Source: Eledone cirrhosa (taxonomy: Eukaryota). From it: a stretch of 64,000 nucleotides of DNA. The DNA lies in the NCBI GenBank assembly GCA_964016885.1, contig OZ024750.1, positions 45,322,001 to 45,386,000 of the forward strand, given 5' to 3'. The notes under the pieces were generated by a model that was given only the letters and a program-made list of their open reading frames with translations, had not been told where the DNA came from and made no database searches. Shown in pieces: positions 13,906 through 32,325 of the stretch (position 1 is its first letter; the number at the start of each line of letters is the position of its first letter). The translations under genes were made by a program, and so were the position numbers.

Positions 13906-14093
13906 AACTGTTTCTACTTTAGGCACAAGGCCAGCAAATTACCCAGTATATTACTGGTACTTTATTTTATCGACCTTGTAAGGATGAAATGCAAAGTCAA
14001 CCTCAGCGGGATTTGAACTCAGAATGGCAAGGGCCGTAACTCTATGCGTCAAAGCATAGTGTCCGACCCTCTACCGATACTGCCAATCCACCG
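13906..14093 (-). mobile_element. SINE with 15-bp target-site duplication
   Basis: Full family match; CTCTTATATAATAAC on both sides. Confidence 0.92.
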
Positions 14094-14203
14094 CTCTTAT
14101 ATAATAACATTAGCCTTATAGTTGCATCATTACACAAACTTCTTTTTATATTATCATATTCTCCACATCTACACGTCGTTAACTATGTAGCGATATATAT
14201 GTG

Positions 14204-14239
<36 letters not shown>

Positions 14240-14467
14240 GTAAAATAACAGAGCAAAGGACTCGCGTATAATCGTGTAATTAAATGAGCGCACAGAAAGA
14301 GTTTTTCTGGGCACTTCAAAATACAATATATAGAGGGGAAGAACACAGAAGAGTGGGTTTTCCTTTACAGGAATTTCAAACCACCAGCGTGAAGAGAATA
14401 TAAGCTAATAGAAGAATAGGAAAAGCATTAAAATTAAAAGTATAAATTAAAATGAGAAACCAAATCA

Positions 14468-14543
14468 CACATGGATCATTCACCAGGAGAATGTTTCGCC
14501 ACTTTAGTGGGTCCAATTCAGCCTTGTGGGCCATCAGTATGTG
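14468..14543 (-). ncRNA. Degenerate or variant type I hammerhead motif
   Basis: CACATa-CTGATGG-c CCAC..GTGG c-GAAA-CATTC tcctggt GAATG-a-TC-cATGTG; A9>G and one extra A. Confidence 0.45.
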
Positions 14544-14693
14544 GAGAGATCGATATTGTCCGCACTATTAGAGAGAGAGAACTATAGTAAACCACCTGTA
14601 GCACTTGTAAATATAACGGAAATACGTGCGCGTAATACGTGTATGTCTCTTGTGTTGAAAAGGAGGTCAAGTATGTAAAAAATCATTGAAGAA

Positions 14694-14742
14694 TTGCTCC
14701 GAAGACTCCAAACCTCGGTTTGGAAGAAACAATTGTAAGCGA
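14694..14742 (+). ncRNA. Minimal hammerhead ribozyme in 5' pLTR (U4C core variant, palindromic stem III)
   Basis: TTGCT-CCGAAGA-c TCCAAACC tc GGTTTGGA a-GAAA-CAATTG-TA-AGCGA. Confidence 0.7.
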
Positions 14743-14993
14743 ATAAATGATTTGAACAGAACTTTGATTCATGTAATTTCTATATAGCTGCTCTGTAGAA
14801 CAACTGATGTTATTACATTGAGCTATTTATCTTACTGGTAATAAGGTAGTAATAAATTACTGTCTTTCACTGTTTAGGGTTTAAAATATATATATAACTA
14901 TAAACGGTTTGACTGTATACATAACCATAAATAGTATCCTTAATACTATTAACTGCTCCATACTGTTGAGCTGACATACAATAAATTACCAGT

Positions 14994-17447
14994 ATGCTGA
15001 TCAAAGACCAACTCCCTATGTCAACCAAGAACATACCAATACCATCCAAGAATACATATTAAAAAATATTGATCGACAGTGTAAATTCCTTTATCAATAG
15101 AGTGAGATGGAGGACATTCCATTATGATAAAGAAAAATCTAACAAGATTAATAATACTAACAAATTTGACTTCTTCGGCTTTAAAACATTTAGAAGCCCC
15201 CCTCATAACACACTACTAAACTCCTTTGAAAATGACCTAATAAAACTAGTTAAGAACATTAAATACAAAAAGCACCGTAATAAAAACAACACCTTCTTAA
15301 ACAAACTTAACACCTCTATTAATGAATTCAAAACTAGTAATAAGATTATTGTACATGCAGACAAAACTAATAACATATACAGCCTAGATTATAATACTTA
15401 TAGAAAGTTTATATATAATGAACTACATAAAAGCTACAAGAAAACTACTATGAAAAACTTAGAAAATATTAATATGGAAGGCTACAATATAGTGTCCAAA
15501 CTAGGACTTCAGAGACATACACGACCATATACCCCAAAGATTCTCTCTGAAGGTCCATAAGGAGGACTTCATTAGCAACCCCTCGATTAGGCTTATCTGC
15601 CCTTCCAAGTCTGACATTGGCATTATCAGTAAGAACATTTTAGACAAAATCATCCCACAGATTAAACGCAAGTTATACCTTAAACAATGGGGAAATACGG
15701 GTGAAGTTATTGAATGGTTCAAAGATATCAAGGATAACAAGGATAAACAATTTATTCAATTTGATATCAATTCAAACTACACCTCTATTTCCCCTATCCT
15801 ATTAAATAAGGCACTAATCATGGCCATGGACAATAGTGATCTGACTAGACCCCAGATTGATGTCATACTTGCGGCCCGTAAAACAGTAATCACCTTTGAA
15901 GACCAATTATTGACCCGCAAAGATACGCAAAACAGCTTCGACATAACCATGGGATCTAGTGACTCGGCGCAGGTCACTGATTTGGTCGGCCTATATTTAC
16001 TTAACGAAATCCATAAGGACCTTCCATACCTCAACGGTGGTTTGTACCGCGATGATGCACTTCTACTTATAGACTATAAAACATTCAATATAGAAAGAAC
16101 TAGAAACTATTGCACAAGACATTCACAAATTATAACCTTAGTATCACCGTGGACAAAAACACTAAAAACGTTAACTTCCTGGACGCCACCCTCTACCTAG
16201 ACTCAACGATATATACACCTTTCCATAAACCTAACGAAAAACTCATTTACGTAGATACCAATTCTAACCACCCTAGATCAATATTAAACTCTATCTCTAA
16301 GGGAGTATCCAATAGAATCTCTAATCTATCATATGACATAAACATATTTAGCAAAAACTCGCAATATTATAATCAGGCATTAGCTAGATCAGGCCATAAT
16401 ATAGAGATCGAGTTCCTACCTACGAAAACACATAGCTACAATATTATTTCGCACAATATGTCCATGAGGAAATTTAGTAATAAGAATAGCAACCACACAC
16501 ACACTAATACGTTAGATGCCAACAAAAGTAACCCACACCACATAAATTACCATAGTACCATAAATGGAAACAACTCAACAGGCATAAAAAACAAAAATAG
16601 AAGAAGAAATAATACATTTTTCAACCCTCCTTTCAATCTAAACGTCTCTACCAACCTACCTAGAGCTTTATTCTCACTCCTAGATAAAAACTTCCAATCT
16701 GGCCACAAGTACCATAGCCTTTTAAACAAAAACACCGTTAAAATCTCCTACTCTACTACGCCTAACTTAGCATACCACATAGCTAGTAGCAATAAAAGAA
16801 AAATTAATTCTTACTTCCAACAAACTAAATCTCAACAGGCGATAAACCTTCATAATAACATTATATCAACTAACCCTAATAACAATAGTAATAATAGTAA
16901 TGGCACTTGTGTAAGTAATAACGCTGGGAACATCAACCCCCATAACCATAATCCTATAGCTACCATCCGGACTTCTACACAACATAATAACCGGCAGACT
17001 AACACCCAGAATAATTGTAACCGTAGAACAAATAGAACCTGCCCGCTAGATAAAAAATGCTTAATCAAGGATATAATATACTCATGCACCGTCACAACTA
17101 GCAACTCTTCTGAAACCTATATAGGCTCTACTTCAAACTGCTTCAAAACTAGATACAATTCGCACCTCTACTCTTTCAAAAAACACAGTCTAGCCAACTC
17201 CACTTCACTATCTAGCTACATACACTATCTAAAAACTAAAAATAAATCTTATACACTTAAATGGGAAGTGATAGGTAACGCGACATCGTACAAACCACCT
17301 AATAAATTTTGTAACCTCTGTCTACTAGAGACCCATACTATTATCTTCTCAAACCGTAACCTCCTTAATAAAAAAAAATCAGAAATGTTCGTATCTTGCC
17401 AGCACCGCTTCCGATACTCCTTCCAAAACTTTAAACCCAATATATAA
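14994..17447 (+). pseudogene. Naiad-type RT/GIY-YIG polyprotein, disrupted (stop at 15060; frameshifts near 15545, 15775, 16100)
   Basis: STKNIPIP, FINRVRW, HADKT, RLICPSKSDIG, TMGS, GLYRDD, VNFLD, FFNPPF, TVKISYS, CPLDKKC, IIYSC..YIGST..FKTRY..H, CNLC..E, CQH. Confidence 0.9.
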
Positions 17448-18902
17448 CAATGTCAGACTTGAAACCGTCACCACCTCTAGCAACAAATCTCAAGGGCACA
17501 CCTTACACAACATCTCCACACTCAATGATCCACATTAACACAAATAGTGAATTCCTTCTAGAACCTTTTACCCTATAGATATCCCCATGTACATCTGCTT
17601 TTGGTATAATTGTCTTCAATTACTTAGACTACATTACACCACTATATAATTAATGTAAACTTTAAACACTGAATGGGTTGTGCTAATGTTGTTCTGTGTA
17701 TGGAGTGCCATCATTGGATAAATGGAAGATTAATTAATTTATTAACATAAAAGAAATATTTAACCTTTATGCTGGGTGCAATGAATTATGTGCAAGTGAT
17801 ATATGAATTGTACATACATGTATGACTTGATGGTCAGATTAGTGAAATTGTAAGTGAGAATTAATCTCTGGTCTACCCTAGTGATATTTAACTTTGCCAT
17901 GCAACCAGACATGCACTGACCCTGAGCTTACCGGGGGTTATATATAGAAGTTATTATAATAAAACCCTGCCAGGTTCTGTGGGTAGACTACACTTACAAA
18001 GATCATTGATTTGGGGATGTGACTCTTCATGTAGTATATTCAGTTGTGGCACTTTATGATAGATAGTAATCATCCTAATATGAACACCTTTAGTACTTCT
18101 TAACAGAATAGACTGTAATTTATAGATAGGATACTTATACCTAGAAACTGTGTATAACCTATATGATAGAGACTCATGTGTGACAACATTTAATGTACAT
18201 TAGGATAATATATTTTAGTTATAGAAATCAGCTAGTTACTTCCCCTCACGCATTAACTCCCCTTAATCACACACACACTTCCGGAAAATAATACGATGTT
18301 AAGCCTCGCAACAAAAACAACCTGCTATATAATATTGGATTAAAGAACATCAAGATGTAATATTCCAACCTTATTCATCAAGCTTCCAATATTGAATCAT
18401 CGTAGATTATGTGAAGGTCATATAATCTATATATTACGTTTCCTGGATTGTGAAAATGGTGGTGTATACGAAAAACCATAACACTGTTTTGCTTCTCATT
18501 CTTAATACTTTAAATATTTCTCTGCACACAAGCTTCTATATCATACATATAAAATACTATACAACCCCCATAATACTCTTGATTGCCCGCTTAAAGTGCT
18601 TATATTCCATATAACACCTTACCGCACTATATTCTTATATAAATAGGACACACATGCATGCCCCCCGTGTAACTAACTACTTCTAACTATCCTCCTGCAT
18701 CACCTTCATAGACTGCCAATGTTGTATTACAACTTTAATTTTGTTGTAATTTTCTTTTAATATGACTTTAATCTTTAAATGTAAACTGCCATGCTAAAAT
18801 ATTATAATGGATGTCAACCCACTGTGCGTCAATATATACATATGTTTCTGTATGTCTCTTGTGTTGAAAGGGAGGTCAAGTATGTAAAAAATCATTGAAA
18901 AA

Positions 18903-18951
18903 TTGCTCCGAAGACATCAAACCTCGGTTTGGAAGAAACAATTGTAAGCGA
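18903..18951 (+). ncRNA. Minimal hammerhead ribozyme in 3' pLTR
   Basis: Same motif as 14694-14742 with two changes at the base of stem II. Confidence 0.65.
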
Positions 18952-18984
18952 ATAAATGATTTGAACAGAACTTTGATTCATGTA

Positions 18985-19143
<159 letters not shown>

Positions 19144-19899
19144 CTAATTCAAGAAAGAAGAGTGGCATGGTTCGCAATTCAATAAGGGCTTTATTCAAAT
19201 TCCTGTCAAATGTAATAGATAAATGTAGTAGATATGAATGTAATAGATAAATGAATGTAATATATATATATATATATATATATACGTGTGTGTGTGTATA
19301 TATATATAGATACACTATATATACTATAATAAATACGAACACAAAAACGCAAGCTTGTTTTCCTAATCCTCTTTCCTATCTGTTTCGCTTAATACACACA
19401 TTCACCTAACACTCATAGGCAGACCCATACAGACATACTCACACATTCATATATATATACATTTATATATATATATATATATAAATATGTGTGTGTGTGG
19501 GTGTGTGTGTATCCATACATTAACACATTCAAACACTTAACAACAATCTGACGAATCATGCTCCAGCCGTTTTCTATTTATTCAAATACATCCTTTCACA
19601 CATTTGCTATTGTTATTACTGCATTTTCTAGAAGATTTTTGTCTTGTGTTGTACATCAGCTATTACCCTTTGTACGTATTCACTAAATTAGAGTCAATGA
19701 CAAAGGTTACAGACTCAGCTAGAAATCCGATCAAAGAAATTAACCCAGCTCCTGTTGTGTTAACAGATAGCTTCTCTAAAATATCAACATGCCAGCATTC
19801 AAGAAAGACGCCGAACGAGGTGAATATATTTTTTTCATTTCTCTTTTCTTTTCTGCTTTCCTTTGTTTTATTTTATATATAAGGTAAGCTGAATGACAT

Positions 19900-22925
<3,026 letters not shown>

Positions 22926-23944
22926 TATATAATTCCACCTTTATGCACATGTGTACAGATACTGTTAGACATATTGCTGTCTCTTTCAGTTTTGATTTTA
23001 CCAAAGTTTATGTGAGTTTGTGCTGAAGATTTTTTCTATTTCTCATTATGAATGTTTTGTTTTTCTTTTTGACGAGCTTAAAATGAAGAATTTCTTATAC
23101 AATTTCAAAATGTTTTGAATTCTAAACCTAACTGGAAACTTGAATAACTCTTAATATGTTGCCATTGTCTCATCCGTTTATATATTCGGGCCATAACAAC
23201 TTGACGCCGTATCATAATTCATCGCATTATCATCTTCCCCCATTTAATCATCACTATTGTCATTTTATCATTATTAATAACAACGATATTGTTATCATCA
23301 ACACGTCATGATTATTATAATTATACATTATTTCCACTGCCAACAACAACAACAACAACAACGACATCAAGAGAAATAAACAATAACGACATCAAAAGAA
23401 CAAGAAAAAGAACAAAGTATACTAACAGTAACTCTACTGTGTTGCAATGTTATGTATGTCTCGTTCTCTACATAAATCTTTTTAAGCCTTATATCATCCG
23501 ACTGGATGAATAAAAGACTGATCAGCCAATTTTCTAAGATCTTTTCTATATTTGTTCTCTTTAGTTTACTCTCATATCGAGATGTCTTTTTATATCAAAC
23601 TCCCCACCTCCAATCTATTGATTATTTCAGTTATTTTTTAAATCAACGACCACCCCACCTCCAATCTATTGTTTATTTCAGTTATCTTCTTTCTCTGCTA
23701 TGAATATTCAAAATAGTTGATTTAACAAAAGTATCAACCTGATAGAATCCTGAAATAATAGAATTTATCTTTTCTATATAATATTTGTACACATTGGTTA
23801 TTTATTTCGATTGACATTATCATTTGTTAGGCATTTCGGTCTCGACCACCTCGCCTTTTCTTTATTAGACATAATACATGTCAGACAAGGGAAGTGATTT
23901 GTCAGAGACGAAAATGTGCTTGATTAAAGATATAAAGGATATGT

Positions 23945-24060
23945 GTTCGGATTCGCTGTGTTCTGAGTTGAAATCTCACGGAGGTTAATTTTAATTTTCA
24001 TTCTTTCAAGGTCGATGAATAAAGTACCAGTCCTATACAGAGGTCGATTATTTCCCTTTC
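23945..24060 (+). mobile_element. Degenerate SINE (a second old copy lies at about 24885-25055)
   Basis: TTCTGAGTTGAAATC..GAGGTTAA..TTTCATTCTTTCAAGGTCGATGAATAAAGTACCAG. Confidence 0.6.
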
Positions 24061-24264
24061 TCTCGCTCCCTCTGTCAGACTCTCTCACTTTCTCTCTCTC
24101 TCTTTCTCTATTTCTCTATTTCTTTCTCTGTATTTCTCTCTTTCGCTCTCTCTCTCTCTCACACACACACACGTTCACACACACTCTCTCTCTCACAGTT
24201 TTACTCAGGGAAGAGAGATGGGCTACACCATATTTAAAGGGCAACAGACACACCAACTTTCATG

Positions 24265-24700
24265 TCAGTGAATCTGCAACTCCATAAGGGATTTATGAGG
24301 CATGTAAGACAACATTACATGGTGTAACCTGTTAGGTATCATGACGGAAATTTTGCTGTTAATTTTAGTAGATCGCATGAACTCGTAGGAGCTCCTTTGC
24401 TTCCTCATATCATTCCATGTTTGAATTTTTGATGATAGATGAGGTTGAAAATGCGTGCACTTAGAGTGGCGCAATCATGGCCGTAAAACCATTACAAATG
24501 TTGATTTCGAATCTACAAGCTGTCAAAAATGTTGAATTTTTCAAAGTTCTCAATGAATAGATGAAAGGCGCAACTTCAGCGATAGTCTTCGATGGTAAAA
24601 CAGCAGACAACATTAAAATATTGACAGATTAGGGTTCATTATAAAGCTCTTTTTAAAATTTGGTCTGGCACCACAAGTACTTTTATTACTATTGAAATAT
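24265..24700 (-). pseudogene. Possible decayed integrase/transposase remnant (GIN/Ginger/KRBA2-like)
   Basis: Patchy peptides LPSKTIAEVA..HLF and NRLHHVMLSYMPHK recall integrase-core motifs; many stops, recognition weak. Confidence 0.25.
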
Positions 24701-25155
24701 CATTTTTTTTCTTTTCAAATTCCTATTATATCTTTTCTAAAAACCAAACTAATCACTCCTCATGGTTCTCACTGACACTTGGGAAGCATTACCTTCAGGT
24801 AAACTTAGACATTTCTATCTACATTATCTATCTAGATTATTACATCTTAGCAAGTAATTATTGTTATTGATAAGCAACAGTTTTGTGGTGGAATGCTAAA
24901 ATAGTTTTGCGGCATTTAGTTACGACATTCTACTTTCTCTGTTCAAATTCCACCGGGGCCAATTCCACTCCTGGTATCGATTAAATAATGTACCAGTTAT
25001 TTACTGGGGTCGATGAAACTCACTTCGCCGTTCCTCAAATTGTTCGCTTTGTGAAATAAATATTTATCTTTGTTAAAGAATCGGATTAAACACTGCGGCA
25101 TTTTGTCCTTAATATGTGTGTATATGCAACCCTCTCTTTCTCTCTCTCTCTCTCG

Positions 25156-25218
<63 letters not shown>

Positions 25219-25631
25219 ACTCTCTGTCCCTACATATATATATATATATATATATATCTATATCTATATATATATATATGTAGATAAATCTACCAAGAGT
25301 TTACGGTAGTGTCCAATCCGTATGAAGAACTCAATGTATTCCGGATATCATGGAAAGAAGAGATGTAATGAAAAATCACTTTCGGTGAAAGATAAACGGT
25401 ATACAGAGTCAAGATAAAATATTAAACAAATAATGAAAGACGGCGTATATATGTGTTGGTATGTATATTTAATCTTGATAGTTTGTATAATTTTGTATAA
25501 TTTTGTACATAGATCTGTTGAATATGCATGCCAATTCTAACACATATATATCCTAGAAACGATCGTTAAATAATGAACTTTTTTTGTTTAATATAAGGAA
25601 CTGTTTCATTGTTTTATTCATTATTTGTTTA

Positions 25632-25694
<63 letters not shown>

Positions 25695-25912
25695 ATATAT
25701 ATATACTTAATACTATATATATATATATATATATAGTATTAAGGTGCTTGTATTACATGTAACACCCTGCCGCACTAAAGTATTATTTAAATAAGACACC
25801 AACAGTTTTGCAAGAGATGTCAGCATGAATGGACCTGTTATTTTTATCTAAAGACATTTTTTTCCAATTCCATCCCGCCCGTCCCCTCAATCTATCTTAT
25901 TTCTCCTTCTTT

Positions 25913-25947
25913 CTTCTGATGAAGGAATAGCGTCCCAAACGTTAAGA
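25913..25947 (+). ncRNA. Mutated minimal hammerhead motif
   Basis: TCTT-CTGATGA-a GGA atagcg TCC-cAAAC GTT-AAGA; the essential GAAA reads CAAA; palindromic AACGTT. Confidence 0.4.
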
Positions 25948-26379
25948 CTCTCTTCCTGCTATTTCAAGCGTTAACTTAATATATCCTTTCCATATACTGT
26001 AGCGATTGTGTTGTTATTTTTGTTTACCTTTTACATACACACACACACACACACACACCATTATATATATATATATCTGGTATCTCAAATTAGTACCATA
26101 GAACAACCACTATTAGAGACACCATATATATTTCCGTGGGTACCTAGTACCTACTGGGATATCTATATCATTTATCCTATTCTCCTTAATGTAGAGAAAA
26201 AATATGCTGTATCATGCTGCTATTTCTAGCAGCATGAAATATCAGCGAGTCTATAATTCTCGCTTTTTCTAACGGTCCAATAAGTGTGTGGGTCATTTTA
26301 ACGGCTTGATTCATTCACCGGGCAGAGGGTGATATATTTACATCTATACGGACTTATGTTTAGAAGATTTGGAAAAGCT

Positions 26380-26625
26380 ATTCCCGTGATGCATGGACGA
26401 GTGCTCTCCAGTGGTGTCTGTTCCTCATTATCGCTGACATGTCCTGCGTCTCCAACAGACCAGTGTCTGTCCTTAGGGCATCAAACGTTAACCTTGGTCT
26501 TCCTCTTCCAGTGTGTCCATGTAGTGGCTCCAACAGGAGCACTGAGTGCAATGTCAACTCTGGATGCCGGTGAGCATGTCCAGCTAACCTCAGTCTCCTC
26601 TGTGTCACTTTTGAGCTGACTTTTG
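26380..26625 (-). mobile_element. RTE-clade LINE 3' fragment
   Basis: RRLRLAGHAHRH..LLEP..GRGRPRLT; closely similar to 58345-58590. Confidence 0.8.
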
Positions 26626-28147
26626 CGTTCTGAGTTCCTACTCCAATCATGATTACGTAAATGGCAGACCTAATCTCTCTACTTTCAGGTTACTTTCCTG
26701 TGTCTAACCCAACAGATTCAGAAGTGTTAAAAATTGTTATGGAGTCTGTCCCCCTGTCTATCATTCTAAATACCTCGATTTATTCCCTTCTTATTGGCTT
26801 TGGCAGAAACAATGAACAAATATGCAATATGAAATCTTCGGCAGAAACTTGATCACAAGCTCAATGCTGTTATTTGAGAAGTTACCGTGTTTCAATACCC
26901 CAGAAACAGCGACATGGATCTTGTATCGCATCTTACAGTCTTACAAAAAGTCACATTGTTTAATACAATCTTAGATGAACTGTGTATGGAGAAATATAAA
27001 AGTAAAGTAAACTAGAATTGACATAACTAAAGCTAAACAACAACAGTTTTCCTGAAACTAGAGTGTGTGTACGTTTAGGTAATGATTAGTATGCTGCAGA
27101 AGAATTTGGGAGGCTTATGATATAAAACAAATAAATAATTCACTCTTAAATCAATTATTTTATTGACTGGCATTTTATTATGGTTTGCCATAGTATTTCC
27201 ATTAGGTGATGGAAGCTATGAAGTCACGAACGAAAATACTTTCTGTAAATATATTCCAACTATATTGTGTTTTTAACGCTATCGAACATAAATAATGGAT
27301 AGTACTGAAGGCGATAACTTAAACAATTTATAACCAGAGCTTTCGTTTTTATTGCCACGTTTAAGAAAACTATTTAACTAGATATCTGTTTCAATTTTCT
27401 CTTTTATCTTCTTTGTCTCCTTTCCAAGTGTAGTGAGAAAACAGTTTAGTAATTTGTCAAATAGCACGAAATATTATGATACATCAGTCATAAGATTATA
27501 TTCATAAATATAAATGAAAATTAGTTAACGGTCAATATGCTAAAAATCGCTGAGAAGTGTGAAAAACGAAGTGTTTTTATTGTAAGACTTGCGCAAATCT
27601 TGCATGCAAATATCTTCGAAGGAAGTAGTATGATTTTCTCTCCCTATCTGTGTATACACAGACTTCATTGTAATAGCTAGACATTTCAGAAGGAGTAGGT
27701 TTACGTTATAAACGGTTTTTGTGTGTTTCTGCCATTATTGGGTAAAAATGTCTCTGAACTGGTGTCATGAGTCTCAGAACTGGATGTTTAAGAGACATTA
27801 ACAGATGTAAAGTAAAACTGATAAAGACATAAACTCGTACACACATAAAGATATACACAAGTTCAAGCGGATACACACAAATACACTCAAATATATACAC
27901 AGGCATACTCATAAACATGCATAGACATACACAAATATATATCCAAACAACCAAACACAATTTCTTTATGCATACATCTCTATAGATATACATACATACA
28001 TATATACATATACACATATATACACATACAGAAATACACACACACACACACACATATGTATATATATATGTGTGTGTGTGTGTGTGTATGTACGTATTTA
28101 TAAATGTATCTATCGACCTCGCTCTGTCTTTCAGTTTGCATCTCACT

Positions 28148-28234
<87 letters not shown>

Positions 28235-28643
28235 CTAAACCGTGACAGAGAAAGAAAGAGAGAGAGAGAGAGAGAAAGTGGAGGAGAGAGAGAGAATGAG
28301 AAAGGAGAGGAACTATAGCTAGCTGTAAAGAGAAAGTGAAGAGGTGAGAGACACCAGGATGTGTGTGTCTGGGAGGGTGGGGTTTTATCAGTGAAACTGA
28401 AATCAAAGCACAGCAAGCGACAAACACGTGCACTTAATAAAATGTCAGTTTTATACTAAAACAATTCATCATACACATTTGTAGGAGGAAATAAATATAT
28501 AATTGTATTATGTATATATTTACTGCTAAATACTAGCACACTGCTTACTTCACACTTTATATAACCCCACCAGCACACATACACATATATACATACATAG
28601 ATACTTACAAATACTTACAAATACGCATATACATACGTACGTA

Positions 28644-28701
<58 letters not shown>

Positions 28702-29559
28702 AGGTCTTAGACATAAATGTACACTACATTGCGTATATATTTGCTGTTAAATACTAACACAGGGATTACTTCACACGTATTTCATACACATACATTAAAA
28801 TTACACATACACTTACACACACATTTACAAAGATACGTATATACATGCACATGCACCTATATATATATACACACAGAGTTGTCATATTTACATTCACCAT
28901 CAAACATTGGCGCACACCTACATACACACAGGTACAAAACGCCAGTCACAGGTACCTATACATATATCTATACAGAGAAGCTTAACATACACACGCATAT
29001 AGATACACACACTCCCTTTCTTTAATTTAGTAGACAAGCAGAGCGCAGACACAAATGCACACACTCACACACAAATGCACACACTCACACACAAATGCAC
29101 ACACACACACACACACACACAAATGCGCACACTCATACACATAAATGCACACAGTCACAAACACATACACATAAGGAGACATAAATACACATACTCACAA
29201 ATGCACACGCTCACACACACACACATGCACATACTCACACGCACAAGTGCACACACTCACACTCACAAATGCGCACACTCACACGCATAAATGCACACAG
29301 TCACAAACACATACACATAAGGAGACATAAATACACATATATAACCACTCACATACACACTGCGTTTGAGTCGCTAGCATTATAGGAAACACTCACTCTC
29401 TCATTACTGTATATATTCACACACACCCCCATATATACACACACGTACAAACATACAAACACACATACACACACATACACACACATAAACACGCACGCAT
29501 ACACACACTCATTTATACATACACACACTCGTTTACACATACAGACACACGTTAACACA

Positions 29560-31835
29560 CACACACCCTCGTTCACACATACACAAACTCATTCACACAT
29601 ACACTCATACACACATTCGTTCACACATACAAACACTCGTTCACACATACACACACACTCGTTCACAAATACGCACACTCATTTATACATACACACACAC
29701 GTTTAGCCATACACGCACTCGTTCACAAATACACACACTCATTTATACATACACACACTCGTTTACAAATACACACACTCATTTATAAATACACACTCGT
29801 TCACAAATACACACACTCATTTATACATACACACACTTGTTTACACATACACACACTCGTTCACAAATGCACACACTAGTTCACAACTACACACACACAT
29901 TTACACATACACACGCTCGTTCACAAATACACACACTCATTTATACATACACACACTCGTTTACAAATACACACACTCGTTCACAACTACACACACACAC
30001 GTTTACACATACACACACTCGTTCACAAATACACACACTCATTTATACATACACACACTCATCTAGAAATACACACACTCGTTCACAACTACACACACAC
30101 GTTTACATATACACACACACGTTCACAAATACACACACTCATTTATAAATACACACACTCGTTCACAAATACACACACTCGTTCACAATTACACACACTC
30201 ATTTATAAATACACACACTCGTTTACAAATACACACACTCGTTCACAACTACACACACACACGTTTACACATACACACACTCGTTCACAAATACACACAC
30301 TCATTTATACATACACACACTCGTTTACACATACACACACTCGTTCACAACTGCACACACACGTTTACACATACACACGCTCGTTCACAAATACACACAC
30401 ACGTTTACACATACACACACACGTTCACAACTACACACACACATTTACACATACACACACTCGTTCACAAATACACGCACTCATTTATAAATACGTACAC
30501 TCGTTCACAAATACACACACTCATTTATACATACACACACTCGTTTACACATACGCACACTTGTTCACAAATACACACACTCATTTATACATACACACAC
30601 TCGTTTACACATACACACACTCGTTCACAACTACACACACACACGTTTACACATACACACACTCGTTCACAAATACACACACACGTTTACAAATGCACAC
30701 ACTCGTTCACAACTACACACACACATTTACACATACACACACTCGTTCACAAATACACGCACTCATTTATAAATACATACACTCGTTCACAAATACACAC
30801 ACTCGTTCACAACTACACACACACACGTTTACACATACACACACTCGTTCACAAATACACACACTCATTTATACATACACACACTCGTTTACACATACAC
30901 ACACTCGTTCACAACTGCACACACACGTTTACACATACACACGCTCGTTCACAAATACACACACACGTTTACACATACACACACACGTTCACAACTACAC
31001 ACACACGCTTACACATACACACACACGTTTACAAATGCACACACTCGTTCACAACTACACACACACATTTACAGATACACACACTCGTTCACAAATACAC
31101 ACACACATTTACACATACACACATTCGTTCACAAATACACACACTCATTTATACATACACACACTCGTTTACACATACACACGCTCGTTCACAACTACAC
31201 ACACACACGTTTACACATACACACACTCGTTCACAAATACACACACACGTTTACAAATGCACACACTCGTTCACAACTACACACACACATTTACACATAC
31301 ACACACTCGTTCACAAATACACGCACTCATTTATAAATACATACACTCGTTCACAAATACACACACTCATTTATACATACACACACTTGTTTACACATAC
31401 ACACACTCGCTCACAACTACACACACACGTTTGCACATACACACACTCGTTCACAAATACACACACTCATTTATAAATACACACACTCGTTCACAAATAC
31501 ACACACTCATTTATACATACATACACTCTTTTACAAATACACACACTCGTTCACAACTACACACACACACGTTTACACATACACACACTCGTTCACAAAT
31601 ACACATACTCATTTATAAATACACACGCTCGTTCACAAATACACACACACGTTTACAAATACGCACACTCGTTCACAAATACACACACACGTTTACACAT
31701 ACACACACTCGTTCACAAATACACAAACTTCTTCACACATACACTCATACACACATTCGTTCACACATACATACACTCATTCACACATACACACACACTC
31801 GTTCACAAATACACACACACGTTCACAAATACACA
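29560..31835. repeat. Minisatellite of about 20-22-bp units (ACACACACTCGTTCACAAAT variants)
   Basis: Roughly 100 tandem variant units with higher-order repetition. Confidence 0.95.
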
Positions 31836-32204
31836 CACGCATCCAACCTAACAAAACTGGTAAACAATGTAAAAAAAAAACAGAAAAGGAAATTGCAAAC
31901 CACACTCACACATAGGTGACTACTGTCATAACCATATCTAATGGCTAGCTCTCAGGTAAATACACAGGTACGTAATTATATTCGAACAGGTAAATATCCA
32001 CAAACAATTAAATTACACACAAATACACACACACATTTACAAATACGCGCATATACATATATGAATATGTATGTAAGTACATACACATGTATATATATTG
32101 TATTTATTATATATAGTCGATCGACTTTCGTCAAATCGGACCGCGGAAACAAAGTTTCCGTTGGTCTTTCCAGTTGCTGATACTTTCTATGGGTCGCAAC
32201 TCCA

Positions 32205-32325
32205 GATAGAAGGAGCAATGTGAAATAAAATGTCTTGCTCAAGGACATAACTCATCGCCCGGTCCAGGAATCGAACGTACAACCTCACCATTTTGAATCC
32301 AATTCTCTTACCACTCAGCCACGCG
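32205..32325 (-). mobile_element. Second tRNA-derived SINE family, 5' portion
   Basis: TGGCTGAGTGGTAAG (A box), GTTCGATTCC (B box), then TGTCCTTGAGCAAGACA. Confidence 0.7.

Noticed and set aside
30561-31919. 452-aa His/Thr-rich ORF
   Set aside because: Read-through of a minisatellite; no domain or splice evidence
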